A DNA stretch of 64,000 nt from assembly GCA_043228905.1 (NCBI GenBank), contig JBHGNT010000005.1:9982001-10046000 (forward strand). Direction: 5' to 3'. Position numbers and translations under genes: made by a program. Below are positions 44,283 through 56,374 of this stretch, in pieces; the stretch's first letter is position 1, and every line of letters begins with the position of its first letter. The stretch comes from Azolla caroliniana (taxonomy: Eukaryota > Plantae > Polypodiophyta). Below the pieces are notes generated by a model. That model was not told the DNA's origin. It did no database searches and saw only the letters and a program-made list of their open reading frames with translations.

Positions 44283-45680
44283 TGTAATTCCCAAAACCAA
44301 TCTTCATGGGAAGTCATGTGATTTGAAGCTCCTGAATCGACAAACCATACACTATTAGGAGTGGAGGCATTGGTTGTCGCAAATGCAGACATCGAGTGTG
44401 CTTCCTGCTTCATTATGAACATTCTGCCATGGTCACCGTAGTCGGAGTTTGTGGCATAATTTGTCAGTTGTCGGCCTGCCTCACGTTTCTTCTTCCGACA
44501 CTCCTCTTCGTAGTGGCCGGGTTTTCGGCAATACCTGCATGGACTGGGTTTCAGCGATTGCTCGGTCCGGTGTTATGACTCCCCCTTCCGCCGAAATCTT
44601 TGGGACCATTTCTATCCGTTTGCCATTGGTGAGAGTTACACTCTTGATTTTGCCGATCATTATGACCTTGTCCGAAGCAACCTCTGTGACCTCGGCTGAA
44701 ATTCCTTCTATCATCCAACTGGGAGTAGAGCATATGACCATCTAGTGCGTTGCTCCTCTGCCGGGCGTGATTCTCTTCAAAGGAGGGAGGGTCCTCCCTT
44801 GCAAGAATGTCCTATCTAATCGCGCTGCTAAACCTCCGAGGCATATCTGCACAAGTTCGTCCTCATCAATGACGACGTTGATAGATCCGAGGGCGTCACA
44901 TAGCTCATTGTACTTCAAGGTATAGCTTGAGATTGACATGTCCCTCTGTTGGATGCTATTTAGCTCCTGACGAAGTTGGAGCTTGCGTGCGGCCATGTTG
45001 GTTGCGAAAATCTTTTTGAGATTTTCCCACGCCTGCTTCGGTGTTTTTGCCTCTCAAATGTATCCAAGCATACGATCATGAACGCATGATGCTAGACAAT
45101 ACAACACATGGCTCGCGGCCTGCTCCCAAGCGGGATAGTCAGCGTGTGTTGGGTTGGGTTGCGTTTCGTGAGCTCCTTCAATGTAGCTTTAGTAAGCTTG
45201 TCCAACAAGGTGTTGATGCATCTTGTATTACCAAGATGCAAAGTTTGTTCGGTCAAGCTTCTCAGTAGGAAGAGTGCTTCCCATTTGAGTATTCATGGTG
45301 ATTTCTTCTCTGTCAATAGGCTGGTTCTGTTGATCGTCGGCGTGCAACACAACTCAGTCGAAAATGCTTGATCAGGCAACCACTCACTCTAATACCATGT
45401 TAAGAAATGGAGTTTGTGGTGATTGCAATGCAGCGGAAGATGAGATACTATGTGTGGGTGTGTGTAGAAACACATAGAGAGAGAGAGAGAGAGATCAAGA
45501 CAAAGATAATCAAACTGTATATTACATAAGACTTCCAACAATGACTAAGTTACAATGAGTTGGTTTATATACCAACTAAGCTAGGGCAAGCGCCATTTTT
45601 GCTATTTACAAAACTAGCCTGGTATGTCCATGGGCTAGTGTGAACCTATTCCTATGGGAAGTTGAGTTCAATTCTCAACA
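44283..45680 (-). mobile_element. Degenerate Copia 5' fragment (LTR 45398-45680, decayed iMet PBS, gag)
   Basis: TGGTATTAGAG next to the LTR; RKLQLRQELNSIQQ gag, related to 56643-57179; WFVDSGASNHMT at the left edge. Confidence 0.8.
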
Positions 45681-46963
45681 ACCACTGATCTGTTCTAAAA
45701 GACTTGAGATAAGGGGAACTGCATACCTATTTCTGATGGTGACCTTATTCAAGCCACGATAATCTACAATGAGACGAAGTGATCCATCCTTTTTCTTGAC
45801 GAAGAAAATGGGTGCCCCAACTGGAGATTTCAAATGCCAATTGAAACCATTTTCCAAATTCTCCTCTATATAGGCTCGAAGGACTTCTAGCTCGACTGGT
45901 GACAAATTGTAGATAGGTTCCCATGGTGGCTCTTTTCCCGGTTGTAAATTGATAGGGCAATCATACAGTCGATGGTGAGGAAGCGTATTGGCTTCTACTT
46001 TATCGAACACATCGGCATAATGATGATACTTCTTTGGAAGTTGAATGGTGGACTCCTCTTTAGAGTTGTCAGAAGGTTTACTGATATTGCAAAGAGAAAC
46101 ATTTCTTCCTTGCGTCCTTCTTCCCACTACTGATGTTGTGAAATGGTTGCAATCTTATGAGTAGATCCTTATGTCGATAACAGATTTCTCTTGTTCTCCA
46201 ATCTATGTCTGGGTTATGTAATTCGAACCATGGTAATCCTAACACAATGGGATGTTCTAGGATACTAATTATATTAAATGATACTACACACGCTAGATTA
46301 TCTAGTACAATATTAACGGGCTTTAACTCTTCTATGATATTTCCAGATGTAGTGGGATGACCATCAATGACTACTATAGAGGCTGGACAAGGGAGTTTTC
46401 TGAGAGATATCTGATGAGCTTGGGCGAAATTCCTATCCATGAAACAAGAATTAGCTCTAGAATCTAGAAGTGCTAAGACATGTACTAGAGGGGTACTTTT
46501 AGTACTAACTGTTACTTGGGCTACAAACACATTGCTTAGAGGGAATGGAACCAGTAACTGATAGGAATAGTACTGAGACAAAGAAGAAATTAGTACTAAG
46601 AGAGGAATATTAGTGCTAAGAGGAATAGAGGGTGTAGAACACTCGAGAGAAGGACGGAGAGAGAGAGAGAGTGAGTGAGAGATTGAGGGAGAGAAAATGA
46701 TGATGACAGCGATATATTATGTGAGAAGAATATACAAGGAAGGCTAGGAGGCTTAAGACTGGCGTTGAATCGAAATAATGCCTTGTGCCTCCTTTTATAG
46801 TGTTCTAAGGAGTAATCCTGAAACTTCTAGAATGTTCCAGAGAAAACTGGAATATGTATTAAATAAAAATAATATCTTAGATATTACAATAGATAGTGTA
46901 ATGGTCAAGGACTCGACCCATGTAACATAAGGTCATGGGTTTCAGTCTTGCCATATCGTGATA
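45681..46963 (-). mobile_element. Chromovirus-type Gypsy fragment (LTR ~46573-46963, protease, RT start; gag deleted)
   Basis: [51 protein letters not shown]. The LTR start resembles the LTR at 55846. Confidence 0.78.
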
Positions 46964-48655
46964 GTAGAAGCCTATGCCTTCTTTTCGTTGGTTCTCCCAC
47001 TCCGCCTGGTAGGTGTAACAGTAAAAGCCTCTGCCTTCTTTTCGTCGGTTCTCCCAGTCCACCCGGTAGGTGTGCAATTCTGCTGCTTGCGTTGCCCACG
47101 CCGTCCATCCATTGTCCTCATAGAGGCTCTTCATCTTTGCCCATAACAGGGATTCTTTCTTTGTCTGATGATTGGCGAAGTTCCGCACCGAGGCGGTCAA
47201 TCTCGGATTCAGCTAACTGCGTACCTCATTTTGCTTTTGCGGTGATGGCAGTTTGTGCTTCGACCTCCTCCTATAAAGTCATCGATGTGTCATCGTTGGA
47301 TGTCAGTCCGGGGTTTTGCGGCACCGTAGTTGTGGTGTGTTCTAATTCCGCAATGCGCTCTTGGGCCTTCTGTAGTTGGGGTTGAGTCAGCTTGACTGTT
47401 TAGCTAGACATTTTGTTTTGATAGGCATATCTTTGGCTCCCATGCTGACTGTGGTCAACTCCCTATGCACTTCGATGAGGGCCGTATTCAATAGGGGTAA
47501 TTCAATGCCAATGCAGCGAATCCCTGTGTTCTGCCGCTTGCCTATCTTGGGGAGGGGTCCCTCATCTTCGCTTTCTGCCGTTCTCGTCAACGCACACTCA
47601 ATCATTTGTTGTTGTGCATGCTCCTCGGTCATTCTCTAGGACACCTTGATCTGTTGTATTGACATAAATTCCATGAGTTCATAAGTCATCCCAAACTGTA
47701 ACAGTGCACCGAACTCATGGGCCGTATCAGGGATGTCTAGCTACTTGAGGACTTTGCTTTCCGCTGTGAGCACTCCTTTGCCACGCTGCGACTGAGTCGT
47801 AATGATCGGATGTGGTTCCTGGATTATCTCCAATGTAGTTATGTGCTCCGTAGGGGCGGAAGCGTCAACTAGTGCGGTTGTGTCTTTAACCAGTCCACGA
47901 CCATCCTTCTGATCTAATCTTTGCCGTTTCGGCTTGGGGCTTTCGTGGTTCTGTTCCATTTCTTGCTCATTCGTTGTTGTTGGTGCCTCGACCGTCCTTG
48001 CTGGTTGTTCCAGTTGCATCTGTTGTGCTACAGGGTGGGAAGGTTGTGGTTCCTCTTCCCATTCCGTGTTTGCCAAGTCCGATAAACGTCGTTTCACGGA
48101 TTGTGGCAGAGGAGTAGGTTTACTGGGCGGTGGGGCACTTGACTTCTAATCAAGGGATTCTGGGTTCGTGTCCCACCAAACGTGCCAAAAGTGTCGCCGA
48201 TTAGGAACACGGTCTACTCTAAGTCCTTTGAGGTAGAGTTCAAGGTGATTGTGGTGCAAGGAATAGATCCGTATATCCGTGAATCGTAACAGGCTTACAA
48301 AGCAAAGCGTATCGTCGGGCGTCAAGGGAGACGGCTACAACCGAAGCTCATCAGTGCATGATCTCATATGCACACTTACCCTATGCTTACTAGCCTACAA
48401 TTACCAGTAGAGTACTACACTGAATCAATAGACGATTTGCACAGGCAAGGGAATTAGAGAAGATAGTATTGTATTACAGAAGGTAGCTCTCAAAATACAC
48501 GCTCGCTGTTTACAGAGGATTTCCCCCCTTTATATACCCAAGGCTTTTAGTCCGTTACGTTCCTAGCGTGAACTGTTACATGTGTTTCTTTAACACTTCT
48601 AATAATATATTCTATTCGTTTAAGCGTTAGGTTCAGCGGACAACACCGAGGGACA
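46964..48655 (-). mobile_element. Decayed non-autonomous Athila/OTA-like element (5' LTR 48192-48655, extended tRNA-Arg PBS, extra-ORF remnant)
   Basis: WATQAAELHTYRVDWENRRKEG is homologous to the C-terminus of the 1202-aa ORF. No pol lies between PBS and this ORF. Confidence 0.7.
48138..48187 (+). pseudogene. 3' two-thirds of tRNA-Arg(UCU) with encoded CCA, forming an extended PBS
   Basis: Anticodon arm CTTGA-CTTCTAA-TCAAG, T arm TGGG-TTCGTGT-CCCA, and ...CGTG-CCA 4 nt from the LTR. Confidence 0.85.
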
Positions 48656-50579
48656 ACAGTATGCACCTGCTCCAGTGGTGCATTCCGTCTCATCGTTGGT
48701 CTTGACTAGAAGGAGGTTTGGTTTTGCTTGTCGGCTAGGCAATCGATGCACTTCTTAAGTTGCACGTACTTCACCGGAATAAGTTTGTCTTCAGCAAGCC
48801 TCTTCATCCCCTTTTGACTCATGTGACATAGCCTCTTGTGCAACAGCTCGCCGACAATGTCGAATGCTAAGTTCACTTCTTCCCGGCATATACGGGCATG
48901 CATCATATATAGCGTGTTGACCTTCTAGGCTCAAGCCACTATTAGGCTCCCTTTGCTGAACTTCATAAATCCGTTCCGGATGCTACCCATGTAGCTTTCA
49001 TCATCTAGCCGACCAGCTGATATCAGGTTCAATCGAACCTCAGGAACGTGTTGGGCATCCTTGAGCAGCAACTTGCATCCGGTTGATGTCGTCAACAACA
49101 CATCTCCTATGCCGAAAATTAGGCATGTATCTTCATTCCCCATCCAGACACATGTTGGATGTGTAGGATGAGAAGCATTTCCGATCCGGTGTCAGGTGGA
49201 ATGACGCTCCGGAATCGACAACCCATGTTGTCTTGTCGCCCACAAGGTTTAACTCATTCTCTTCGGTAATGAGTATCAATTCTTCTTCACTTGTCATGAT
49301 TGCCGATGTTCCCTTCCGATCCGGGCCTCTCTAGTCCGAACTTCTCTTCGAATCGGTAGTGCCGGTATTCTTTCTCTTTCCGGAAATTCCGGCAGTTCTT
49401 CTGGAAGGGCCCTGGCTTCCCACAGTAGAAGCAAGTAGGCCTCCCCCTTGACTTCGACCTCGTCCCCAATGTGTCCTGGTTTTGGGGACTCCGATACCGG
49501 CCTCTTCCCCAGCTGTGGTCATCTTCCGTGACCAAGGCCTTCAGATCAGTTTCGGACTCCCGGTCCTTCCGGCGAGCTTCTTCATCTAGCAAGCTTGATT
49601 TTACCCTTGCTAGGGACAACTGTTTTCCTTCTCGCCCAGCGTTGCTCAACGTAACAACTAGCGTCTCCCAACTATCCAAGAGGGAACCGAGCAGGAGTAA
49701 TGCGAGTACCGCATCGCCGAGAGCTACTTCCAACGAGGTGGCTTGATGTATCAACCCTTGGAAGGCATTCATGTGCTCCGCCATACTGGAGTCGTCTTGG
49801 TACCGGAGCCTCACTAGCTTCCGGAATACCAAAACCCGATTAACCGCATTCTTGTTCTGGAACATGATGCCAATCTTCTTCGTAGTTCATGAGCCTTGCT
49901 CTCTTCATTGAAGTTGTTATACAGGCTCATGTCGATGAAGCATCGGATATATGTCATAGTCTTCATGTCCATCACCTCCCACACTGTGTAGTTGGAGCCA
50001 GTGAGCTTGAACATGCCACCGAACTATTCTTCCATTTCCTGCGATGCTTGCTCTGTTACCAGATTGAAGAGAATAGCACGTAATATGGCTCGGCCACAAC
50101 CGAGTCTTGAATCATAGAAATGAGAATGAAACACAGAAATGGGAAGGAGAGGGTACACAGAATATTTACGTGGAAAACCCTAATGGGAAAAACCACGGGA
50201 TCCCACAGACTCCAAACTATCCCTATATAAGAAAGGTACAAATAGAGACTCAGAGGCAACGACCTTGAGCTCTGTATGTTCGCCAGTCGGCGAGTACAAT
50301 AGAGTATCACTGTATTCATCTGTCTCTCTCTCTCTATATATAGCTGGTTATGCACATACAACAATATGACAACCACCACTACTACATAAAAGTGATTGCC
50401 CTAGGTCATAATTATACTTATATGCACTTAGGGCTATTTACAAATATAGCCTCAATAGGCTGACTCAAAACATATTTACAAATATTTCTTCACTTCCGGC
50501 TCACCTAGTCCATCCGATCCGGTTTCCGGATTTCATCATTCATAACCGGATCCCATCTGGAGAGACCGATTTCCAAATA
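48656..50579 (-). mobile_element. Degenerate Tork-like Copia 5' fragment (LTR 50065-50579, PBS, gag, protease, pre-integrase)
   Basis: Paralogous to 41617-43378 (MFQNKNAVNRV.., CFYCGKPG). Decayed PBS TGGTAACAGAG. Confidence 0.85.
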
Positions 50580-52710
50580 GATTTTAGTTGAAGATGAACA
50601 AGTCAGCAGTGTGCTGACTCAAGAAGTCGCTTTACGACCCGATGCAAGCCCCCGTGCTTGGAATTCGAACATCATGCACCGGTTTCGTAAGATGGGGTTT
50701 GCGGCCTCGAAGTCGAACCCTTAATTGTTCACCTGGAATGGTCTGGGCGGTCCTATATGTATCCTGTTATATGTAGATGATCTAGTCATCACCGGACCCA
50801 GACTTGCTGAAATTGGCCGAGTGAAGTCCTAACTGTCAGATGCATTCAAAATAAAGGACTTGTGGAACCCTCATTACTTCCTCGGGATTGAAGTGATCCA
50901 TACCCCTGACGACATATTGCTCTCACGACATTATGTTCTAAATATGTTGTATAAGTTCAGCATGACGGATTGTCGACCTGTCTCCACACCCTTGGACCGG
51001 AACCTAAAGCTTCGTCCCGACTCCAAACTGGCCTGCAATGAGAAACGGTTCCGACAAATAGCCGGACGCCTTATTTATTTGACGATCACCCGACCCGACA
51101 TTAGCTATTCGGTCGGAGTGATAATTCAGTTCATGTAGAACTGACGATGGAGCACCCTTAGTGCGCACACCGAATACTAAGGTATGTTAGCGGCACTAAC
51201 GATCGGGGATTGTTATACCAATATGATATAACCGAGAAACTAGTCCGATATACAGATGCCGACTAGGCCGGAGATACATCGGATCGACGGTCCACTTTAG
51301 GATTTATGTTTTCTCTAGGTAGCGTGGCAATTGCGTGCAACAACAAAAAGCAACCGATTATGGTTCTTTCGATTCCTGAGGTTGAGTATCAAGGCGCTAC
51401 CATTGCCACCTGTGAAGCCATCTGGCTTCGGCGGTTGCTACAAGACCCCCGGATCGAATTCCCGACTCTGATCCCGATTTACTACGACAACATGAGTAAC
51501 ATGCAACTAGCCAAGAACCCTATGTTCCATGCTCGAACGAAGCACATAGAAGTGCATTACCACTTTGTGTGTGAGCGGGTCCTCAGCGGTGAAGTAGAAC
51601 TTTGGTATGTCTAGACGGATCGGCAGCTTGCCGACATCTTCACCAAACCTCTTGGCCTGAACAAGTTGCAACATTTTTCGGAGATGCTTGTTCTTCAGCA
51701 TCTCGAAATGCCACACTTGAGGGGGAGAATCGGGACTGATACGGGGAGACAAGAAGAAGAAAAAGTTAGTCGAGTCAACTGAAGAAGCCGACACATCCTT
51801 TAAAGTCAGAACAAGCGGTGACGGCGGCAGAGCCAAGAAGGACAGAGCTGATAGGAAGGCCAAGACCCGGAAGCGGTCTGATGTGGTAAAGGGCTTGAAG
51901 ATTGAGGACAAATTGGAGACAGCCAATTCAGACAAGAGCTGGAATGAATCAGAGTCACCCGATTCGGAAGCGTTGCTTGATTCGGAGGAGCCGGATCAAC
52001 TGAACGCCAAACGAATAAGGAGGCAGCGCAAGTCGATATCGACGTGGAGGAACCGACGGGTCGAGACGCACCGGACTCGTAACAACAAAGGAGCAGAGAT
52101 GGGCGTTCTGAGCAGACAAGTCGACCAAGAAGGTCGAGGTGCGCAAGACTGGACGGGTCGTGGAAAGCGGAACCAGACAGGTCGAGGAGTGCGAGCAAGG
52201 TGGGAGGATGCTAGGGGGAGCCGGAGGAGAGGATGGGCTACTACAAACATTGACACCACGATCCGACCTCAAGTTGAGCTTGAGGGAGAGTGTTGAGCAG
52301 ACAAGCTCAAGCGGATCTGGATCGGCTGAATAAGCTGGAGCTGGATCGGTATCCGGAAAGGAGAACCGGATAGGTATCCGGATCGGTATCGGGAACCAAG
52401 AGCCGGATCAGAGAGATGGACCGGATTATAACCGGTAAGTCGTTAGAGGCCTACAACCCTAACGTAGTACGTAGGCAGATTCCTTGGAGGTAGTGTCAGT
52501 CGCTCGTATGAGGATTGAAGTACATGTCAGTACTTCTGTCAATTTTTTCATGGACTCGTATAAAATTGCCCACCGAGCACACTGTATGTACAGAGCATTA
52601 TTATTATTTTGAATTGAGTTGTGTTCTACTCTAACTCTGTCTCTCTTGTGTAAGGTTTCCATTAAACCTGTGTCTGCATTCTTTAGCTATCCGGACGTGC
52701 CGGTTTCACA
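50580..52710 (+). mobile_element. Degenerate Copia 3' fragment (RT, RNase H, extension, LTR from 52291), same family as 810-4873
   Basis: LYVDDL, TRPDISYSVG, HARTKHIEVHYHF. The LTR start TGTTGAGC is homologous to that at 1332. Confidence 0.88.
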
Positions 52711-53620
52711 AGAGTATATAGATGGTGCAGTCACAATTTGGTGTGACAATATGAGCAGTATTCAACTCGCAAAAAACCCAGTGTTCCATGTAAGAACAAA
52801 GCACATTGAAGTGCATTATCACTTTGTTAGAGAAAAAGTGATTGATGGAGAAGTAGATCTGTTGTATGTGTGTACAAATTAGCAAGTGGTGGATATTCTT
52901 ACGAAGGGACTAAGCATAGAAAAACATACATAGTTTAGGGACATGATGGGAGTTATATGCATTGATATTATAGTTGGAAATCATGATGGAAAAGAAGACT
53001 AAGATGATCTCAAGAGTGGATAAGTTGAGCTTGAGGGGGAGTGTTAAGAAACAATCTCAACAAAAGCAATGTGATGCTTATTGGTAAATGAGATCTTCCG
53101 TAGTAGATATTAGGAAATTGGCTATTATCAGACGTATAGGTAAAACAACTATTTAGCTACTCACAGCTAATTAGCTGAATATGTAAGTTACTAATATACT
53201 TAGGTAAAAGTAAGAGTGAGAGAAAAAAAGTAAGTAAACAGACGAGAGAGGTTTTTTCTGTGTAATGAAACATAAGTTTTTGGGTTGCTACCAACATTGT
53301 TTACGTACATGTATTTAACGTATAAATACGTATAATACCTTATAGTTTGTATAGTACGTACTATACCTCAATGTTGTTCAGTCAAATATCATGTACATTT
53401 TTCCAATATGGTATTTAACATACATTTGAAAAAACAAGTATAATACGTATTTTTAATGTATTTTTAAATTGGGAGGTACTATACGCGTATTAATACATTA
53501 TATACGTATGGTACCCGTACCGTATCTAACATACCTAACAACCTTGGTTGCTACAGAGGTTAGTCTCCTTCCCCCTTTCTTTCTCTCTTGAAACCTAAAT
53601 GATCATCCACATCACGTGTC
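52711..53620 (+). mobile_element. Copia RNase H end, PPT (53031-53041) and 3' LTR from 53042
   Basis: WCDNMSSIQLAKNPVFHVRTKHIEVHYHF, then TTGAGGGGGAG followed by TGTT. Right boundary approximate. Confidence 0.72.
53292..53546. mobile_element. hAT-type MITE (~255 bp)
   Basis: 8-bp TSD GTTGCTAC (53284-53291, 53547-53554), imperfect TIR CAAnnTTGTT, and internal ACGTAT repeats. Confidence 0.6.
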
Positions 53621-53630
53621 TATTGTTGCA

Positions 53631-55513
53631 CTAAGAAGAGCCGTAGTGCTTTCTTAACAAGGGGGAGTGGCTTCTTATCGAGAGGTTCCCAAGCACGATG
53701 GCAGCGGATTGGAATCGCCTCCTCCTTCGTCCATGATGCAAGGACGAGCCCTGACAAACAAGACGATTGCGGCAGTATGCAAGTTCCTGATTGAGGACGT
53801 TGTCTGCCGATTCAGATGTGTAGGGAAAATCATGGCCAATCGAGGGGTGTTGGATGCACACGAAGCTATGGAGTTATTCGAACGACTAGGGTTCAAGCTT
53901 TCCCTCATGACAGTGTACAATCCAAAGGCGAACGGGAAGGTCGATCATGAGCATGGGCCGATTGTGAAGGTTATTGTACGAGCATGTGACGGACAAGTCC
54001 GAAATTGGCCTCGACTTTTGCCATACGCATTGTGGGCTGACCGAACTACGCACAATTCGGTAGCAGGGTACATGTTGGCCGAACTCATGTTTGGGCAAAA
54101 GCCGATCATGTCGGTGGAACGGACAATCATATAATGGATAACAATTGATTGGACGGACGAGATGAGTCTGGAGGAGTCGCTGATTCGACAACTATAGAGG
54201 CGTTCGGAGGATGTAGAGAGAGCGAAGGCGAAGATAAGCGAGGCACGGATGAAAAACAAGGATTGGTTCGACCAGATGCACCGATTGCTGCCAAGGAAGA
54301 TAGAAGAAGGTGACTAGGTGTTGGTCTACGACAACAGTCTCGACAACCAGCACCGGTCGATGTGGAAATTTGCAAGGAGGTGGTTTGTGCCGTTTGCGGT
54401 GATGAGCACCAACGACAATGCCACATTTCACCTCTTTGAGGACAGTGGTACCGGTTGTGGGGAAGAGAATAAAGGCCTTCAAGAAATGGCAGGAGGCGGA
54501 ACCGGATCCGAAAGTGGAGGACAAGGATGCCGACAAGGACGGGGAGCCGAATGAGGACCCGATTGGCGAAGGTTTGGAGGAGGAAGATTAAAGATCAAAC
54601 CAAAATTCTCCACTACTTTGCTAATTGGCACATACTAGAGGATGTGCGGTTTGGTGGGGGTGAATGTCATGGAGGACTCCAGCAAAAAGGGAGAAAACTT
54701 GTTGACCACGTGTGAACGGGGAAGTGCATAAATGTACATGAAAAGGAGCCTTTATATAAAAACAAATGTAAATAAAGAGAATCTTAATCAGTACAAGACA
54801 AGAGTGGTTTAATAGGTACTTTTATGATCCCGCAAAAACAAGGGAATGATAGTGAGTGATGGGAGGAAATTGTGGGGAAAAATCTCTGATAGAAATAGTT
54901 GTCATAACAAGCTATAAAAGGAGGGGAGGAAGATTGTTTCCGGGGGGGATCGCTTGAAGAGGGGAAGATGTTGCCGGTTTCTGATCTTGAGCGCTTCAAG
55001 GTTTTTGTTTTTTTGCTTCAGTTAGGCGTAGTGAGGCTTCTACTCGTGTAGGTAGCCCGTGTGCTCCCGACTAGAGGCTCACTTGTATTTGTGTGTGTTT
55101 TGTTGAGCTCAAAGCTCTGTTACTGGTCTAATGCCATCCTTGTATTCATCTATATTTTTAATCGATTATATGGCATTGATTGTATCCGGGATCTCTTTGT
55201 GGTGCTTGTTTCTCTTTCTCTAAGTCGTGTCAATATTCCTAACTTGTCGGTGGTGGTCAGTGAGATATCGTTCTTCTCTCCCCTATTTTGTGCTTACCCT
55301 GGGTGTTTCAGAGCCCATGTGCTAATCTTTCGGAATCTGCTGGTAGAGTCGGATTGGATAAGGTTCCACGATCATGTGCGCTCACTAAACAACCTCGGTG
55401 TCCAACCAGAATCGGTCATTGCAAACCTCGACCGCCATTCATTACCGAGCTCCTTGGTCCGAGACCCCTGTGGTCTCGCCTGATCCGACACGTACTCACG
55501 GATATCTGTGACA
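53631..55513 (+). mobile_element. Gypsy integrase remnant, PPT and 3' LTR (54665-55513)
   Basis: YNPKANGKVD, WPRLLPYALWADRTT; GGTGGGGGTGAA precedes TG; LTR ends GTGACA. Confidence 0.8.
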
Positions 55514-56000
55514 ACAGATACATTCCATATTTCATAGTTCTCCCCTAGAACCATGTCAGAAAAGCTCTATTCCAAATCGTACTACACCACCTCCGCCTCC
55601 GATCGAACTTGAAGACAGACCTGAGTACGAAGTTGCTGCCATCCTCGATTCCAAGATAGTTCGTAATAAACTCTACTATTTGGTGGATTGGTTAGGATAT
55701 AGTTGAAGCAATAATACTTGGGAACTAGTCAAGAATGTGGCAAACGCTCGAGCACTTCTTGAGAATTTCCATCGGCAGTATCTAGATAAACCAGGTCCTC
55801 CATCAAATATGATTCATAAAACTTGTCTTTCGAAGAGGAGGATAGTGTCATGATATGGACCCAAAAGGAATTGAACCCATGAACTTATATTACACAAGTT
55901 GAAGCCATACCACTAGGACAACAATTATAATACAAAACATATTATTTTCATTTATTATTTCATTTTAGAAAATTATGTGTGTTCTTTTCCCGGATCGCTC
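55514..56000 (+). mobile_element. Chromovirus 3' end: chromodomain, PPT (55832-55845) and LTR start at 55846
   Basis: Manual translation PPPPIELEDRPEYEVAAILDSKIVRNKLYYLVDWLGYS*SNNTWE, then GAAGAGGAGGATAG followed by TG. Confidence 0.85.
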
Positions 56001-56002
56001 AT

Positions 56003-56334
56003 TGTTGAGAGATCAAGCTCCACTTAGTTTAGTTAGTTAGTCAACCATGTAACTTCGTAGTTACCTAGATAGAATCTAGTTAGAAGTGTTGACTATAACG
56101 CCTTAAATAGGGCCTTGTACTTAAGTGGGATATTCTAGATCCTCCACTCCTAAGTACATTTATTATAGGACTTACACTTTTGTACCTATATTATCATCAC
56201 ACATGCGCACCCTTGCACATGAGATGTATATATACCTCATTGTGGGTATTTTTGTATTTGATAATGATGATGATAATGCTAATTTAATATAACTACTCAT
56301 CCCCCATCTTGTGTTGTTCATAAGTCTCTCTCTC

Positions 56335-56374
<40 letters not shown>

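Noticed and set aside
48138-48187. Functional tRNA-Arg gene
   Set aside because: The 5' acceptor strand and D arm are missing, CCA is encoded, and it sits at a PBS position.
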